Of a stretch of DNA of 64,000 nucleotides, positions 11,195 through 20,567 are shown in pieces (within the stretch, counting starts at the first letter, position 1; each line of letters opens with the position of its first letter). The position numbers were made by a program, and so were the translations under genes. The stretch lies in the NCBI GenBank assembly GCA_963837175.1, contig CAWIMJ010000018.1:1-64000 (forward strand). The letters are read 5' to 3'. The notes below the pieces were generated by a model. It had not been told where the DNA came from. It worked only from the letters and a program-made list of their open reading frames with translations, and made no database searches. Origin of the DNA: an uncultured Nitrososphaeraceae archaeon (GTDB taxonomy: Archaea; Thermoproteota; Nitrososphaeria; Nitrososphaerales; Nitrososphaeraceae).

Positions 11195-12262
11195 CTAAGA
11201 ATATTCTTCGCGAACAACTTGAGGAGAAGAGGCCTTGAATATGGCAAATAAATAATCATCTTCCTTTATTCCAAGATCGGTTCTAGATTCTTCTGTAATT
11301 CTTGATCTTATACGAAACCTATCTACAATCAGAAATATATCTGCTACCGCTGAGTTGCTTTGTTTGGTAATGTTTGTTACTTTGGCCTTTACAACATTTC
11401 TTGCGCTTGTTTTTACCATTTCTTTTGAAAGAATAATATCTTCTGGTCTGACCAGTATTCCAAGTTTAGAATCAACACTGTAGTCTCCTAATGTCTCAAG
11501 TAAATGTGAACCAACCTTAAAAGTAGAAACACCATCCTTTGAATTTACAACGTTTCCTTCCAAATAGTTGCCTCCACTAAAAATGTTAGATAAAAATGAC
11601 GAAGGCTTTGGATTTGCCAATATAGATTCAAGTCTACCTGTGTTCTCTATGACACCATTCTGCAATATAGAGACAGAGTCAGCCAGTGCATAAACATCAT
11701 CTTCAAAATGAGTTACATATATGGTTGGTACACTTTGCCGTTTAAGAACTCTCCGCAAATCCAGCCTCAACCTTCTTTTAGTAGGAGTGTCTAGATGGGC
11801 CAGAGGCTCATCCATCAGCATAATCTTAGGTTTAGTTGCGAGCATTCTTGCCAATGAAATCTTTTGCATCTCTCCTCCACTTAATCCTTGAATATTTCTA
11901 GAAGTTAGATGTGAGATGCCAAGATTGTTTAGTATTCTTGTAATCTGAAGATTATTATTATCATTCTTCCTGTTCTTCTTAGTAAGACCGAAAATAATGT
12001 TCTCATATACATTCAGATGAGGAAATAAACTTGGGTTTTGAAATGTATAACCTACCTTTCTAGATTCTACAGGTAGACTAGTTATATCTAATCCATCCAT
12101 AAGAATTGAACCATTGTCAGGCTTTAGCAATCCTGCAATGAGATTTAGAACGGTGGTTTTACCACTTCCTGTAGGTCCAATCATTACCAAAATCTCATTG
12201 TCATCTATTTTCAAATTTAAATTTCCTAATGTAAATCCAATAAATTTCTTAGTCAGGTTCAC
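11195..12262 (-). CDS. wtpC: tungstate/molybdate ABC transporter ATP-binding subunit with TOBE domain
   Basis: GPTGSGKT, LSGGE, MDEP motifs; C-terminal TSARN TOBE region. Confidence 0.85.
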   Translation of the reverse strand: MNLTKKFIGFTLGNLNLKIDDNEILVMIGPTGSGKTTVLNLIAGLLKPDNGSILMDGLDITSLPVESRKVGYTFQNPSLFPHLNVYENIIFGLTKKNRKNDNNNLQITRILNNLGISHLTSRNIQGLSGGEMQKISLARMLATKPKIMLMDEPLAHLDTPTKRRLRLDLRRVLKRQSVPTIYVTHFEDDVYALADSVSILQNGVIENTGRLESILANPKPSSFLSNIFSGGNYLEGNVVNSKDGVSTFKVGSHLLETLGDYSVDSKLGILVRPEDIILSKEMVKTSARNVVKAKVTNITKQSNSAVADIFLIVDRFRIRSRITEESRTDLGIKEDDYLFAIFKASSPQVVREEYS

Positions 12263-12267
12263 AAGCT

Positions 12268-13086
12268 CTAGTATCGTTCAGCCCCTCCAATCTTCAATAC
12301 AGCATGACGTGCTTTCCTTCTTGTAATGTAAAACATGATTATAGCTAAGATTGATAATAGAATAACTAAGATTATACCTGAGACAGCCTGCCTTAGCCCA
12401 CCAATTGCGTTATCTTCAAAGATTTGAATAGATATTGTGTGTGGGTTGTATGCCATCATCATAGTTGCTCCAAGCTCTCCAACTGCCCTAACCCATGCCA
12501 TTATAAAACCTATAACTATTCCAGTCTTAGCCAGTGGAAGTGAAATCATAAAGAAGGTCTCTCGTCTAGTCTTACCTAGTACTCTTGCAATCTTCTCATA
12601 CGATTCGTCAACTGATTCAAAAGCAGCCTGGCTTGCAAGAATCATAAAGGGAGAAGCCACATAAGTTTGAGCTATTATAACTCCTAGTATAGATTGCGTG
12701 AATTCGACTCCAGGAAAAGCTTGTCCTAATGGAGAATTTGGACCAAATACTCCTAAGAGAAGAGCACCACTTGCAAGTGGAGGCAGAACTAATGGAATGA
12801 TAACAATAACCCTGAGGAGAAACTTACCAGGGAAATTAGTAGTATGTCTGGCTAATAAATAGGCAAGAGGTATTCCAAATAAAGATAGAAGTAATGTAGA
12901 GATTGTTGCTGAAATTAAGCTTAGGACGAAGGCATCCCAAACTTGAGGTCTTGTTAGAGAATCTAAGAACTTTGAAGGTTCTACAAAGGTCAAGATAGTA
13001 GCAAGTGGATATGCAATGTATGCTATAGAAAATCCAGATAAAATCAGTATAATGACATTAAATCCTTGATATTTTATTCTCCCCAT
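12268..13086 (-). CDS. wtpB: tungstate/molybdate ABC transporter permease
   Basis: PLVLPP, EAA-like loop (YEKIARVLG) and RAVGELGAT motifs of ModB/WtpB. Confidence 0.87.
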   Translation of the reverse strand: MGRIKYQGFNVIILILSGFSIAYIAYPLATILTFVEPSKFLDSLTRPQVWDAFVLSLISATISTLLLSLFGIPLAYLLARHTTNFPGKFLLRVIVIIPLVLPPLASGALLLGVFGPNSPLGQAFPGVEFTQSILGVIIAQTYVASPFMILASQAAFESVDESYEKIARVLGKTRRETFFMISLPLAKTGIVIGFIMAWVRAVGELGATMMMAYNPHTISIQIFEDNAIGGLRQAVSGIILVILLSILAIIMFYITRRKARHAVLKIGGAERY

Positions 13087-13158
13087 TGATATACCCTACT
13101 ACTGCCACATGTATTGAGTTCTGTTATGTGTTTTTGTCATTCTGTTATATTATATTCA

Positions 13159-14259
13159 TTACGATGATAATTGTTTTATCGGTTCTAGCAGGTTCTTTAT
13201 AGAAGGAGGTACCTTGTCTATGTTTCCTTCGATAACTGGTTTGATGTAGTTTAACCCTTGGCTCTCTAGAATAGACTCACCTTTAGTGGAGAGTAAGAAG
13301 CTTACAAAGGAGATAGCTCCATCTGGATTTTTGACTGTTTTTGGTATTGTGACTGAGAAATAAATTGGTTCGCCAAACACTGGTTGGCCAGTATCTAAAG
13401 TATAGAAAGCCTTTCTATAAAAATTAGAAAATGTTGGATTGGCAAGGTTAATCTCGGGGGGTAATGTAATATATGGAAGTCCTCTAGCTACAGCTTCATG
13501 TTTGTATGCAGCTACTGCATCTAATTGGCCTTGTTCTAAAATGGTCTTGAGTATTTCTTCTGGGAAGATCTGTTTAGGGTTTCCATCATATCCTAAAATT
13601 CTTTGTTTGATAGTTGAATCGTTATAGTATATGTTGGAGAGCTTGGCAGTTATGATCATATAGTATCCTTTTGGATCCAACTTAGGATCGGTTCTTCCAA
13701 ACTTGAAACCTTGCTTAGACAGAACTTCATACCATGGCATTTCTCCTATCCTTGCTTTTTCTAAGTCACTGTAAAAGTGGCTAGTAGGTGAATAAGCGAT
13801 TACCATCTCAGCTGATGCAAATTTTACTAACCACTGTGCAAGATTAGCAGAAGATTTACCAACACCACCATTATTATTGTTACTAGCACTACTATTCATC
13901 AACTTCATGATAGGAATTGTACCTGCACTGACAAATACATCTGGTGTCCTTAGGCCATCAATGATCATATTTGCAACTTGTACCGACCCTCTTGCTTCTC
14001 CTTCATATGTATATCCAGTTTCTTTCTGAAATAATGGTCCGAAGCTATCCTCAAATGTCTTTATAAGGGAAGCTGCATACATTACAAAAACTTTTCCTTG
14101 ATTGGAAGAAAAAGTAGAAGAGAGTGGCAGGTCTTTTATTTCTGCAGTGACAAATGATTTATCTATAGATAAGGAGAATGTAAGAGCAAGAACAACAATA
14201 GTGCTTAAGGCTACAACAAGAATGAATTTCTTAGTGTTATAGACTAGCATATACATCAT
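13159..14259 (-). CDS. wtpA: WtpA-type tungstate/molybdate-binding protein
   Basis: N-terminal anchor; YAASL, GSV, DVFVSA, GRTDPKLDPKGY and AYKHEA motifs. Confidence 0.82.
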   Translation of the reverse strand: MMYMLVYNTKKFILVVALSTIVVLALTFSLSIDKSFVTAEIKDLPLSSTFSSNQGKVFVMYAASLIKTFEDSFGPLFQKETGYTYEGEARGSVQVANMIIDGLRTPDVFVSAGTIPIMKLMNSSASNNNNGGVGKSSANLAQWLVKFASAEMVIAYSPTSHFYSDLEKARIGEMPWYEVLSKQGFKFGRTDPKLDPKGYYMIITAKLSNIYYNDSTIKQRILGYDGNPKQIFPEEILKTILEQGQLDAVAAYKHEAVARGLPYITLPPEINLANPTFSNFYRKAFYTLDTGQPVFGEPIYFSVTIPKTVKNPDGAISFVSFLLSTKGESILESQGLNYIKPVIEGNIDKVPPSIKNLLEPIKQLSS

Positions 14260-14584
14260 GAATATTTCTGAATATATAATTATGAGTACAAGTCAAGTTT
14301 CGTTTGGTATCTGAATTATGTGATAATCTGTTTTATACTTATACTTAGCGATCAGCCAATACTAATGCTTGCTGCTAATTTTACTATAGGTGATGAATGA
14401 TAAGTCGCTACAGAATAAAACAAATAATATAAAATCAAATTTATTATCAATATTCTTTTTATTGTAAAGCTCTGCAATACATCTTTTTTACATTTTTCTT
14501 CAAGTAAAAAACTCCTCTGGTTCTTCTACCTGTAGACATCAATTTGATTGCAAGGATCCAAGAATATTGAATAGAATTAAGGCA

Positions 14585-14700
14585 ATGATAATGCTGGATT
14601 GTACGCAGAAAAATAATTCACAGTAGTGCATAAGAAATTGATTCACGGGTTCGGTGGAATGTAGGACAGAATGTCTCTAATTTACCACCCAGAATTTTAT
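14585..14700. repeat. dispersed repeat containing GGGTTCGGTGGAAT...CCAGAATTT
   Basis: Similar to 6772-6895; shorter copies at 1715-1770 and 11057-11108. Confidence 0.65.
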
Positions 14701-14901
14701 AATAATGTAAAATAGAATAATAATCATCGTCTAAATAATCCTACTGTCAGATATTTGGAGAACCTATTGATAGTGTTGAGACAGTAAAGTTTCACCGTAG
14801 AATGGATGAGGAGTCAGGACGTCATCTACCTGCAAGAGTAAGTTAAATTGGAAACATAGCAACAACGACTTTAAATTATGTTTGCTCTTAGATCTGATAC
14901 T

Positions 14902-15523
14902 ATGGAAAAAATAATACATCTAGTCATTGTATTAGCACTTTCAGTCGGACTATTTTCTTCTGTATCTATAGTAGGTTCGGGAGGCAGCACAGGAGGCAGC
15001 AAAGCAAGACGGTTCAACAACTGGTCAAATAACAGGAGGTAACATGACTAAAGGCGAATTAAAAGCGGGTAGTATAACAGCTGGTAATGTAAATAATGAA
15101 ACATTAACTGCAGCTGATATAAAAAGAGCTAACATAACTGGAGCTGAGATTAGTGGAGCAGATATAACAAAGGAAGTACAAAATTCGACTACACAACAAC
15201 CAGCGACATCATCATCAAGTGGTAATACCAGTTCAGCAGTAGGTCAAATAAATAGTGGACAGATATCTGCTGGAAAAATAGCAGGAGGTAACATGACTAA
15301 GGGTACTGTAACAGGTGGTAAAATAGAAGGAAATAAAATAACAGGAGCTAATGTTACAGATGCAGAGATAAACCAAGCAGATATAACAGGGGCCAATGTT
15401 ACAGGAGCAAAAATAACAACAGGGAGTGAAGCTGGTAAAGAGAGTCCGTTAAGCAAAGTACCCATTATAGGAGAACGCTGGAAAAGATTAATCCTTTAAA
15501 ATAAATGGAGAAAATGTCGTATA
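14902..15523 (+). CDS. secreted pentapeptide-repeat (beta-solenoid-like) protein, frameshifted near 14990 and probably 15478
   Basis: Signal peptide MEKIIHLVIVLALSVGLFSSV in one frame; ORF 15044-15499 has two blocks of (A/G)-x-(I/V)-(T/S)-(G/A) repeats separated by an S/T/Q linker. Confidence 0.7.
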
Positions 15524-15737
15524 AAATAAAAACACCTATTTTTTTGAATAATCATCATACACCACCAGCATCATTCTATTGAAGAGATAACGGTAAAATA
15601 TGCAGGATCCCAGGATTTTGATTTTCATAGTTTTCAGAAGTTCCAATACTCTTTTCACATAATGAAAAAAATTCACTAATAACATGTGAGTTCCTAGAAT
15701 TAGGTACAGTTGTGATATGACTTAATATTGTGGTTAG

Positions 15738-15993
15738 ATGGAAAGAATATTCCGTCATTTCGGATAGATAGTATAATAGAAGGAAATTAATGGAAGCCAT
15801 TTCGAAAGCGTCTTGACGAATCAGACAGAAATATATTTGACAGGATGTTTTCTATCGGTTATATGTACAATTCTGCATAGTCTTTTATTCTGCCATCCCA
15901 TAAGAATACATCCTATTTTTCACGTCTAGTATATTTCATCACTATAAGCAACCTACAAAGCTCACTGAACAGTTGAAAAGAATGATTGATTAA
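15738..15993 (+). pseudogene. degenerate small helical archaeal protein (MGRTIPSFR-type family)
   Basis: Fragments IPSFRI, WKPFRKRLDESDRNIFDRMFS and PIRIHPIF..IFHHYKQ with stops and frameshifts; distantly similar to 18391. Confidence 0.55.
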
Positions 15994-16096
15994 TCCCCTA
16001 ATGACATAATAATTACTGCAAGCTGCTACAATCAATCAGTGATATCACCTTCGCCATGTGTAATAAAGTTAAACAATTCTTATATAATAAGGTGTA

Positions 16097-17445
16097 ATGA
16101 CAATGATAATGAATACAAAAAAAATCGGTGTTTTTAGTGTTTTATTGGCATCAGTAATTGGACTGTTAAGTGCAACTGCTACTTTACAAGTAGCCAATGC
16201 GCAACTAGGACCTGGTGGACTAGGCGGAATTGGCGGATTAGGTGGCCTTGGTGGACCTGGAGGATTAGGTGGACTAGGCGGCCTTGGTAGCTTTGGTGGA
16301 CCTGGAGGATTAGGTGGCCTTGGTAGCTTTGGTGGACCTGGTGGAATAGGTGGACCTGGTGGAATAGGCGGAATTGGCGGATTAGGTGGCCTTGGTGGAC
16401 CTGGAGGATTAGGCGGAATTGGCGGATTAGGTGGCCTTGGTGGACCTGGAGGATTAGGCGGACCTGGAGGATTAGGTGGCCTTGGTAGCTTTGGTGGACC
16501 TGGTGGACTAGGCGGAATTGGCGGATTACGTGGCCTTGGTGGAGTTGGAAGCCTTGGTGGACCTGGTGGACCTGGAGGATTAGGTGGACTAGGCGGCCTT
16601 GGTAGCTTTGGTGGACCTGGTGGAATTGGCGGATTAGGTGGACTAGGCGGAATTGGCGGATTAGGTGGACTAGGCGGCCTTGGTGGACCTGGAGGATTAG
16701 GTGGACTAGGCGGCCTTGGTAGCTTTGGTGGACCTGGTGGAATTGGCGGATTAGGTGGACTAGGCGGAATTGGCGGATTAGGTGGACTAGCGGCCTTGGT
16801 GGACCTGGAGGATTAGGTGGACTAGGCGGCCTTGGTAGCTTTGGTGGACCTGGAGGATTAGGTGGAATTGGTGGAATTGGCGGTCTTGGTGGACTAGGCT
16901 CCAAAACATTACCTTTATTTACAGGTAATCAAAATACCACTACTTCTATCAAAGTTTCTAGTCTTATGCCTAATACACTAGCTTCCCAGCTAAAGACAAA
17001 TATAGGCAAAATCTCTGATACTGCAGAACAACAAGTAGGCAATAATTCTCGTACACTATCAGCTTCTCTAACAGCTCTCAATGGATTTGCAGTTTATGAT
17101 GTATTGGTAGCAGGCAATGGTGGTAACTTACATGAATTTCTACTAGATCCAGGTAACGGAAAAGTAGTTGCTCAATACGGATTAGGCGTAATTGGCGGTC
17201 TTGGTGGACTAACTTCCCAGCTAAAGACAACTATAGGCAAAATCTCCAATATTGCAGAACAACAAGTAGGCAATAGTTCTCGTACACTATCAGCTTCTCT
17301 AACAGCTCTCAATGGATTGCCAGTTTATGATGTATTGGTAGCAGACAATGGTGGTAACTTACATGAATTTCTAATAAATTCAGTCAACGGAAAAGTAGTT
17401 CTATATCGCACCAATCAGATGGACATGATGTCTAATATGAGCTAG
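16097..17445 (+). CDS. secreted (Gly-Gly-X)n repeat protein with two C-terminal PepSY-like domains; one-base frameshift at about 16790
   Basis: Signal peptide ending VANA-Q; [12 protein letters not shown] triplets over about 16205-16899; restoring one G (GGACTAG[G]CGGCCTT) fuses ORF 16097 to ORF 16966, which has two VYDVLV..LHEFL(L/I)(DP/NS).NGKVV repeats. Confidence 0.85.
16205..16899 (+). repeat. coding minisatellite of 9-bp units
   Basis: Recurrent units GGTGGACCT, GGAGGATTA, GGCGGAATT, GGTGGCCTT, GGTAGCTTT and GGTGGACTA arranged in higher-order blocks. Confidence 0.92.
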
Positions 17446-17566
17446 ACATTTCCAACCTTTTTTATTTCAAAATTATAGAAAATGTTTTAAATTTATCATA
17501 AGCAATCGTTTTAGATTAATATAGTTTTGGAATAGTAAAGTACATTTACATTTAAGAAATAAGATT

Positions 17567-17960
17567 TACTTTGCTATTCGATCTATGCTTGGTATATGTT
17601 GTTTCCAATGATCTACACAAAGCCAAACTTCTTTACAGTTACTGCAATAAATATTGGCAAATTCATTGCAAACGGAACTTTTACTTTTTGTATATTTAAA
17701 GTAAAAATTGGTTCATAAGAGTCAAGTCCTCAATTTTGATTTTGTCTTTTATACTCATAAACAGATTTACTAATTCACCTCTATTTCTTTGATATTCTTC
17801 ATCATCTAATCCCTATTGTAGCACTTTGATCAAAGTTTCTCTCTGTTAACGCATTATACACATCCTGAACATTCCTTATTGGAATGTTAGATAAACTTTT
17901 AGCTTTTCTTTATGCTTTGGCAATTTGGATAGATATTGTTTATAGAAAGAAGAAGAAATT
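17567..17960 (-). pseudogene. remnant ending in a B-box-like zinc finger
   Basis: Minus-strand frame SVCNEFANIYCSNCKEVWLCVDHWKQH; upstream part interrupted by stops. Confidence 0.45.
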
Positions 17961-18390
17961 AGTTAGGGCTGATCTTGTGTAAAATCACCAAAGTCAAGAT
18001 AGTCAGTCAGACCTTGATTAAGATTAGGACAGTCATATATTAGGTTGGTAAATAGATTATTAACATTCTCAAGTAGTGTTGTTGAATTTGGTGCTATCTC
18101 AGTCACATTTAATGTAGCATTTAAGCTATCTAGATAGATCAGAGTGACTGCGATATCAAGACAACTTGCGATTGTGGTATTTGGTTGTTATGCGTATGTT
18201 GTTGTCATTGGTACTACTACTGCTTCAATGATTTCCGCAAACAAGATTGCGGATATTTTTTGCATGCAATGTTTTCACAGGACCAATTGTATATATTGTT
18301 GGCTGTCAACTCCCTCTGTCCCTGATTGGTGTTTTAATTCTTAAATTAGACCTTTCAGAAGTAGAGGATTAGCAGGAAATATACACACAT

Positions 18391-18667
18391 ATGACAAAGA
18401 AAGAAGAAGAACAAAAAAATAACGTACTTATCAAGGAAATAGAATCTTGGGGTGATTTTGAATATGCTTTAAGGGAAGAAGACCGTATTCTTTTCAACAA
18501 GATGTTAAATGAATGTAAAAAAGAAGAATACGCTAAAGCATTCGACGCTAAAGGTGAATACAACTCTGCTGAATCACTGTTTATGGCTTTGATATTTCAG
18601 GCAGCAGGAAATGATCAGTAAGTTAATTAATAAACTTTCAAAAGATAAAGCGATCAAGAAGGAGTAA
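18391..18667 (+). CDS. small helical hypothetical protein; extra G near 18601
   Basis: KEIESWGDFEYALREEDRILFNKML..ESLFMALIFQ; removing one G gives QQEMISKLINKLSKDKAIKKE*. Confidence 0.65.
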
Positions 18668-18839
18668 TTGAAGCTATCCCAAGGAATAAGATATAAGATC
18701 TGCTAGAAATAATTCGCTCAAATTACGAGAATTCCCCGATCCAATTGAAAAGAAAGTGTCCATCTTCTCAGGGGGCGTGACTCAGATCTTAAATTCCTAG
18801 TCAATTAATTTCAGTAGTTCTATTATATAATACACATAA

Positions 18840-19418
18840 ATGACAACAATTGTTGGTATCAGAACTAAGGAAGGTGTTGTACTTGGATCAGACAAAAGAG
18901 CGAGTAAGGGCTTCTTTATTGGTTCGAAAATAACACAGAAAATTTCAAAGATTGATGATAGTTTGGCCATAGCAATCGCTGGTCAGCTATCAGATGCAGA
19001 ATATCTGATTAAAGTTGCAAAAGCAGAAAGAAAGTTGATGGAGTTAAGAAGAGGATTTATGCTAACAGTAAAGGAATCTGCAAGACTTATTGCAAATTTG
19101 GCATATTCTGGTCTAAAGAATTACCAACCATACTTTGTAGAATTGTTAATTGCAGGTGTTGATAAAGAAGGGGGACATGTGTATGTGGCAGATATGAGTG
19201 GTGCAATAACTAACGAAGATTTTGCATCTTCAGGTTCTGGCTCTCCAATAGCTTATGGAGTTCTTGAAAGCTTATATCATAAAGAAATAACTAATGAAGA
19301 AGCTAAAGAAATTGCAACAAAAGCAGTATCAGCAGCAATGGAACGCGATCCAGGATCAGGAAATGGCATAGATGTATTAATAATTCCCAATCTGTTAGTA
19401 GTGGAGGTGGCTAAATAG
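18840..19418 (+). CDS. psmB: 20S proteasome beta-type subunit without propeptide
   Basis: M-TTIVGI start; Thr1, Asp17, Arg19, Lys33 and Gly47 in register; SGSGS and RDPGSG motifs. Confidence 0.92.
   Translation: MTTIVGIRTKEGVVLGSDKRASKGFFIGSKITQKISKIDDSLAIAIAGQLSDAEYLIKVAKAERKLMELRRGFMLTVKESARLIANLAYSGLKNYQPYFVELLIAGVDKEGGHVYVADMSGAITNEDFASSGSGSPIAYGVLESLYHKEITNEEAKEIATKAVSAAMERDPGSGNGIDVLIIPNLLVVEVAK
19403..19409 (+). promoter_or_regulatory. Shine-Dalgarno-like GGAGGTG before the alpha subunit start
   Basis: Lies inside the 3' end of the beta gene, 11 nt upstream of ATG 19421; intergenic gap is 2 nt. Confidence 0.6.
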
Positions 19419-19420
19419 AA

Positions 19421-20137
19421 ATGTCAGAGAATAGTGTGACAGGATCAGCATCCAACTCTGGCTTTGGCAGTAGTCGATATCCATATTACTATGGGCCTGG
19501 AGGCAGATTAGTATTAGTAGATAGTGCATTAGAAGCAGTCAATAGAGGTTCAACTACGATAGGAATTAAAACACCAAACTTTGCATTACTCTCAAGTCAT
19601 ATCAAGCCGACTAATGCTTTAGTGGATCCTGCTGAAAAAGTATTTACAATTGATAGACATGTAGGTGCCACAGGCTCAGGATACATAGGTGATATCTTGC
19701 AACTAATTGATGAACTACGATTAGAAGCACAGAAGCATAGACTTACATTTGAAAGCCCAATTGATATAAGCTCGCTTGCAAAGCATATTGGCTCCTACTT
19801 ACACAATTTTACCATATATGCAGTCAGACCCCAAGCAGCCTCAATAATAATTGCAGGAGAGGATCAAACTGGAGTTCAGTTATACCAAGTAGATCCCAGC
19901 GGAACTTTCTTTAGAGGATCAGGATTTGCAATAGGGCAATCATCGGATACTGCGTTGGACATAATTCAACGAGAATATACTGCAGATATGGGTGTTGATC
20001 AAGCAATTGAATTAAGTATTAAAGCAATAGAAAGAGCACTCGGAGAAAAACCATTGGTGGAGACTGGTATAGTTATTAAGAATAAGAATGAAGGAACAAG
20101 AGGAGAAGAAGAAGTAGCTCAGTTCAAAAAGCTGTAA
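19421..20137 (+). CDS. psmA: divergent 20S proteasome alpha-type subunit
   Basis: GPGGRL..ALEAVNRGSTTIGI, EKVFTIDRHVG, AVRP, LYQVDPSG and AIG motifs; canonical YDR/FSPDG/QVEYA motifs altered. Confidence 0.88.
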   Translation: MSENSVTGSASNSGFGSSRYPYYYGPGGRLVLVDSALEAVNRGSTTIGIKTPNFALLSSHIKPTNALVDPAEKVFTIDRHVGATGSGYIGDILQLIDELRLEAQKHRLTFESPIDISSLAKHIGSYLHNFTIYAVRPQAASIIIAGEDQTGVQLYQVDPSGTFFRGSGFAIGQSSDTALDIIQREYTADMGVDQAIELSIKAIERALGEKPLVETGIVIKNKNEGTRGEEEVAQFKKL

Positions 20138-20150
20138 TAACCAAACCAAA

Positions 20151-20164
20151 TTCTTTCTATTTTT
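20151..20164 (+). terminator. T-rich archaeal terminator candidate
   Basis: TTCTTTCTATTTTT shortly after the tandem stops of the alpha gene. Confidence 0.4.
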
Positions 20165-20567
20165 GGAAGTCTAAAATGGAATTTTATTAGAGATAGATCT
20201 TCTGAAATTTGGCCTTTCGCTATATTAAAAAATCAATACTTATAGGTATTTCAGGTTAAATTGTTCAAAAGAAGAAAGGATTATTGCTTTCAAAAATATG
20301 CATAGTCTATGATATAAATCTAAATCTACCGCTATATAGAAATGCAATTGACTATGCGATATCATGCTTAAATTATTTATAAATAGATAGATGGTAACAA
20401 CATAGTAATAATGCGAAAATAGAAAGCGATGTGCTGCTGTCTTCTTCCTTTTGATAATTAGTTATCCTGCAGATGTCTAAAAAACCATATTTGGCTTTAA
20501 TATAAAAGATAATGATATTTTATTAAAAGGCCATGTATAATATATTATACTAATATATTATTAAAAT

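Noticed and set aside
16205-16899. Possible CRISPR array or classical collagen
   Set aside because: No unique spacers, and the units are in-frame 9-mers. Gly fills two of three positions with no charged residues, unlike typical Gly-X-Y collagen-like proteins.
16179-16904. 241-aa minus-strand His/Gln/Pro-rich ORF
   Set aside because: Antisense shadow of the GGX minisatellite; the plus strand has the signal peptide and the domain fusion.
18391-18667. Pup- or SAMP-like tag upstream of the proteasome genes
   Set aside because: No C-terminal GGE/GGQ/GG in either reading; it looks like a different helical family.
18771-18785. tRNA 5'-like GGGGGCGTGACTCAG
   Set aside because: No D, anticodon or T arms follow; too short to call.
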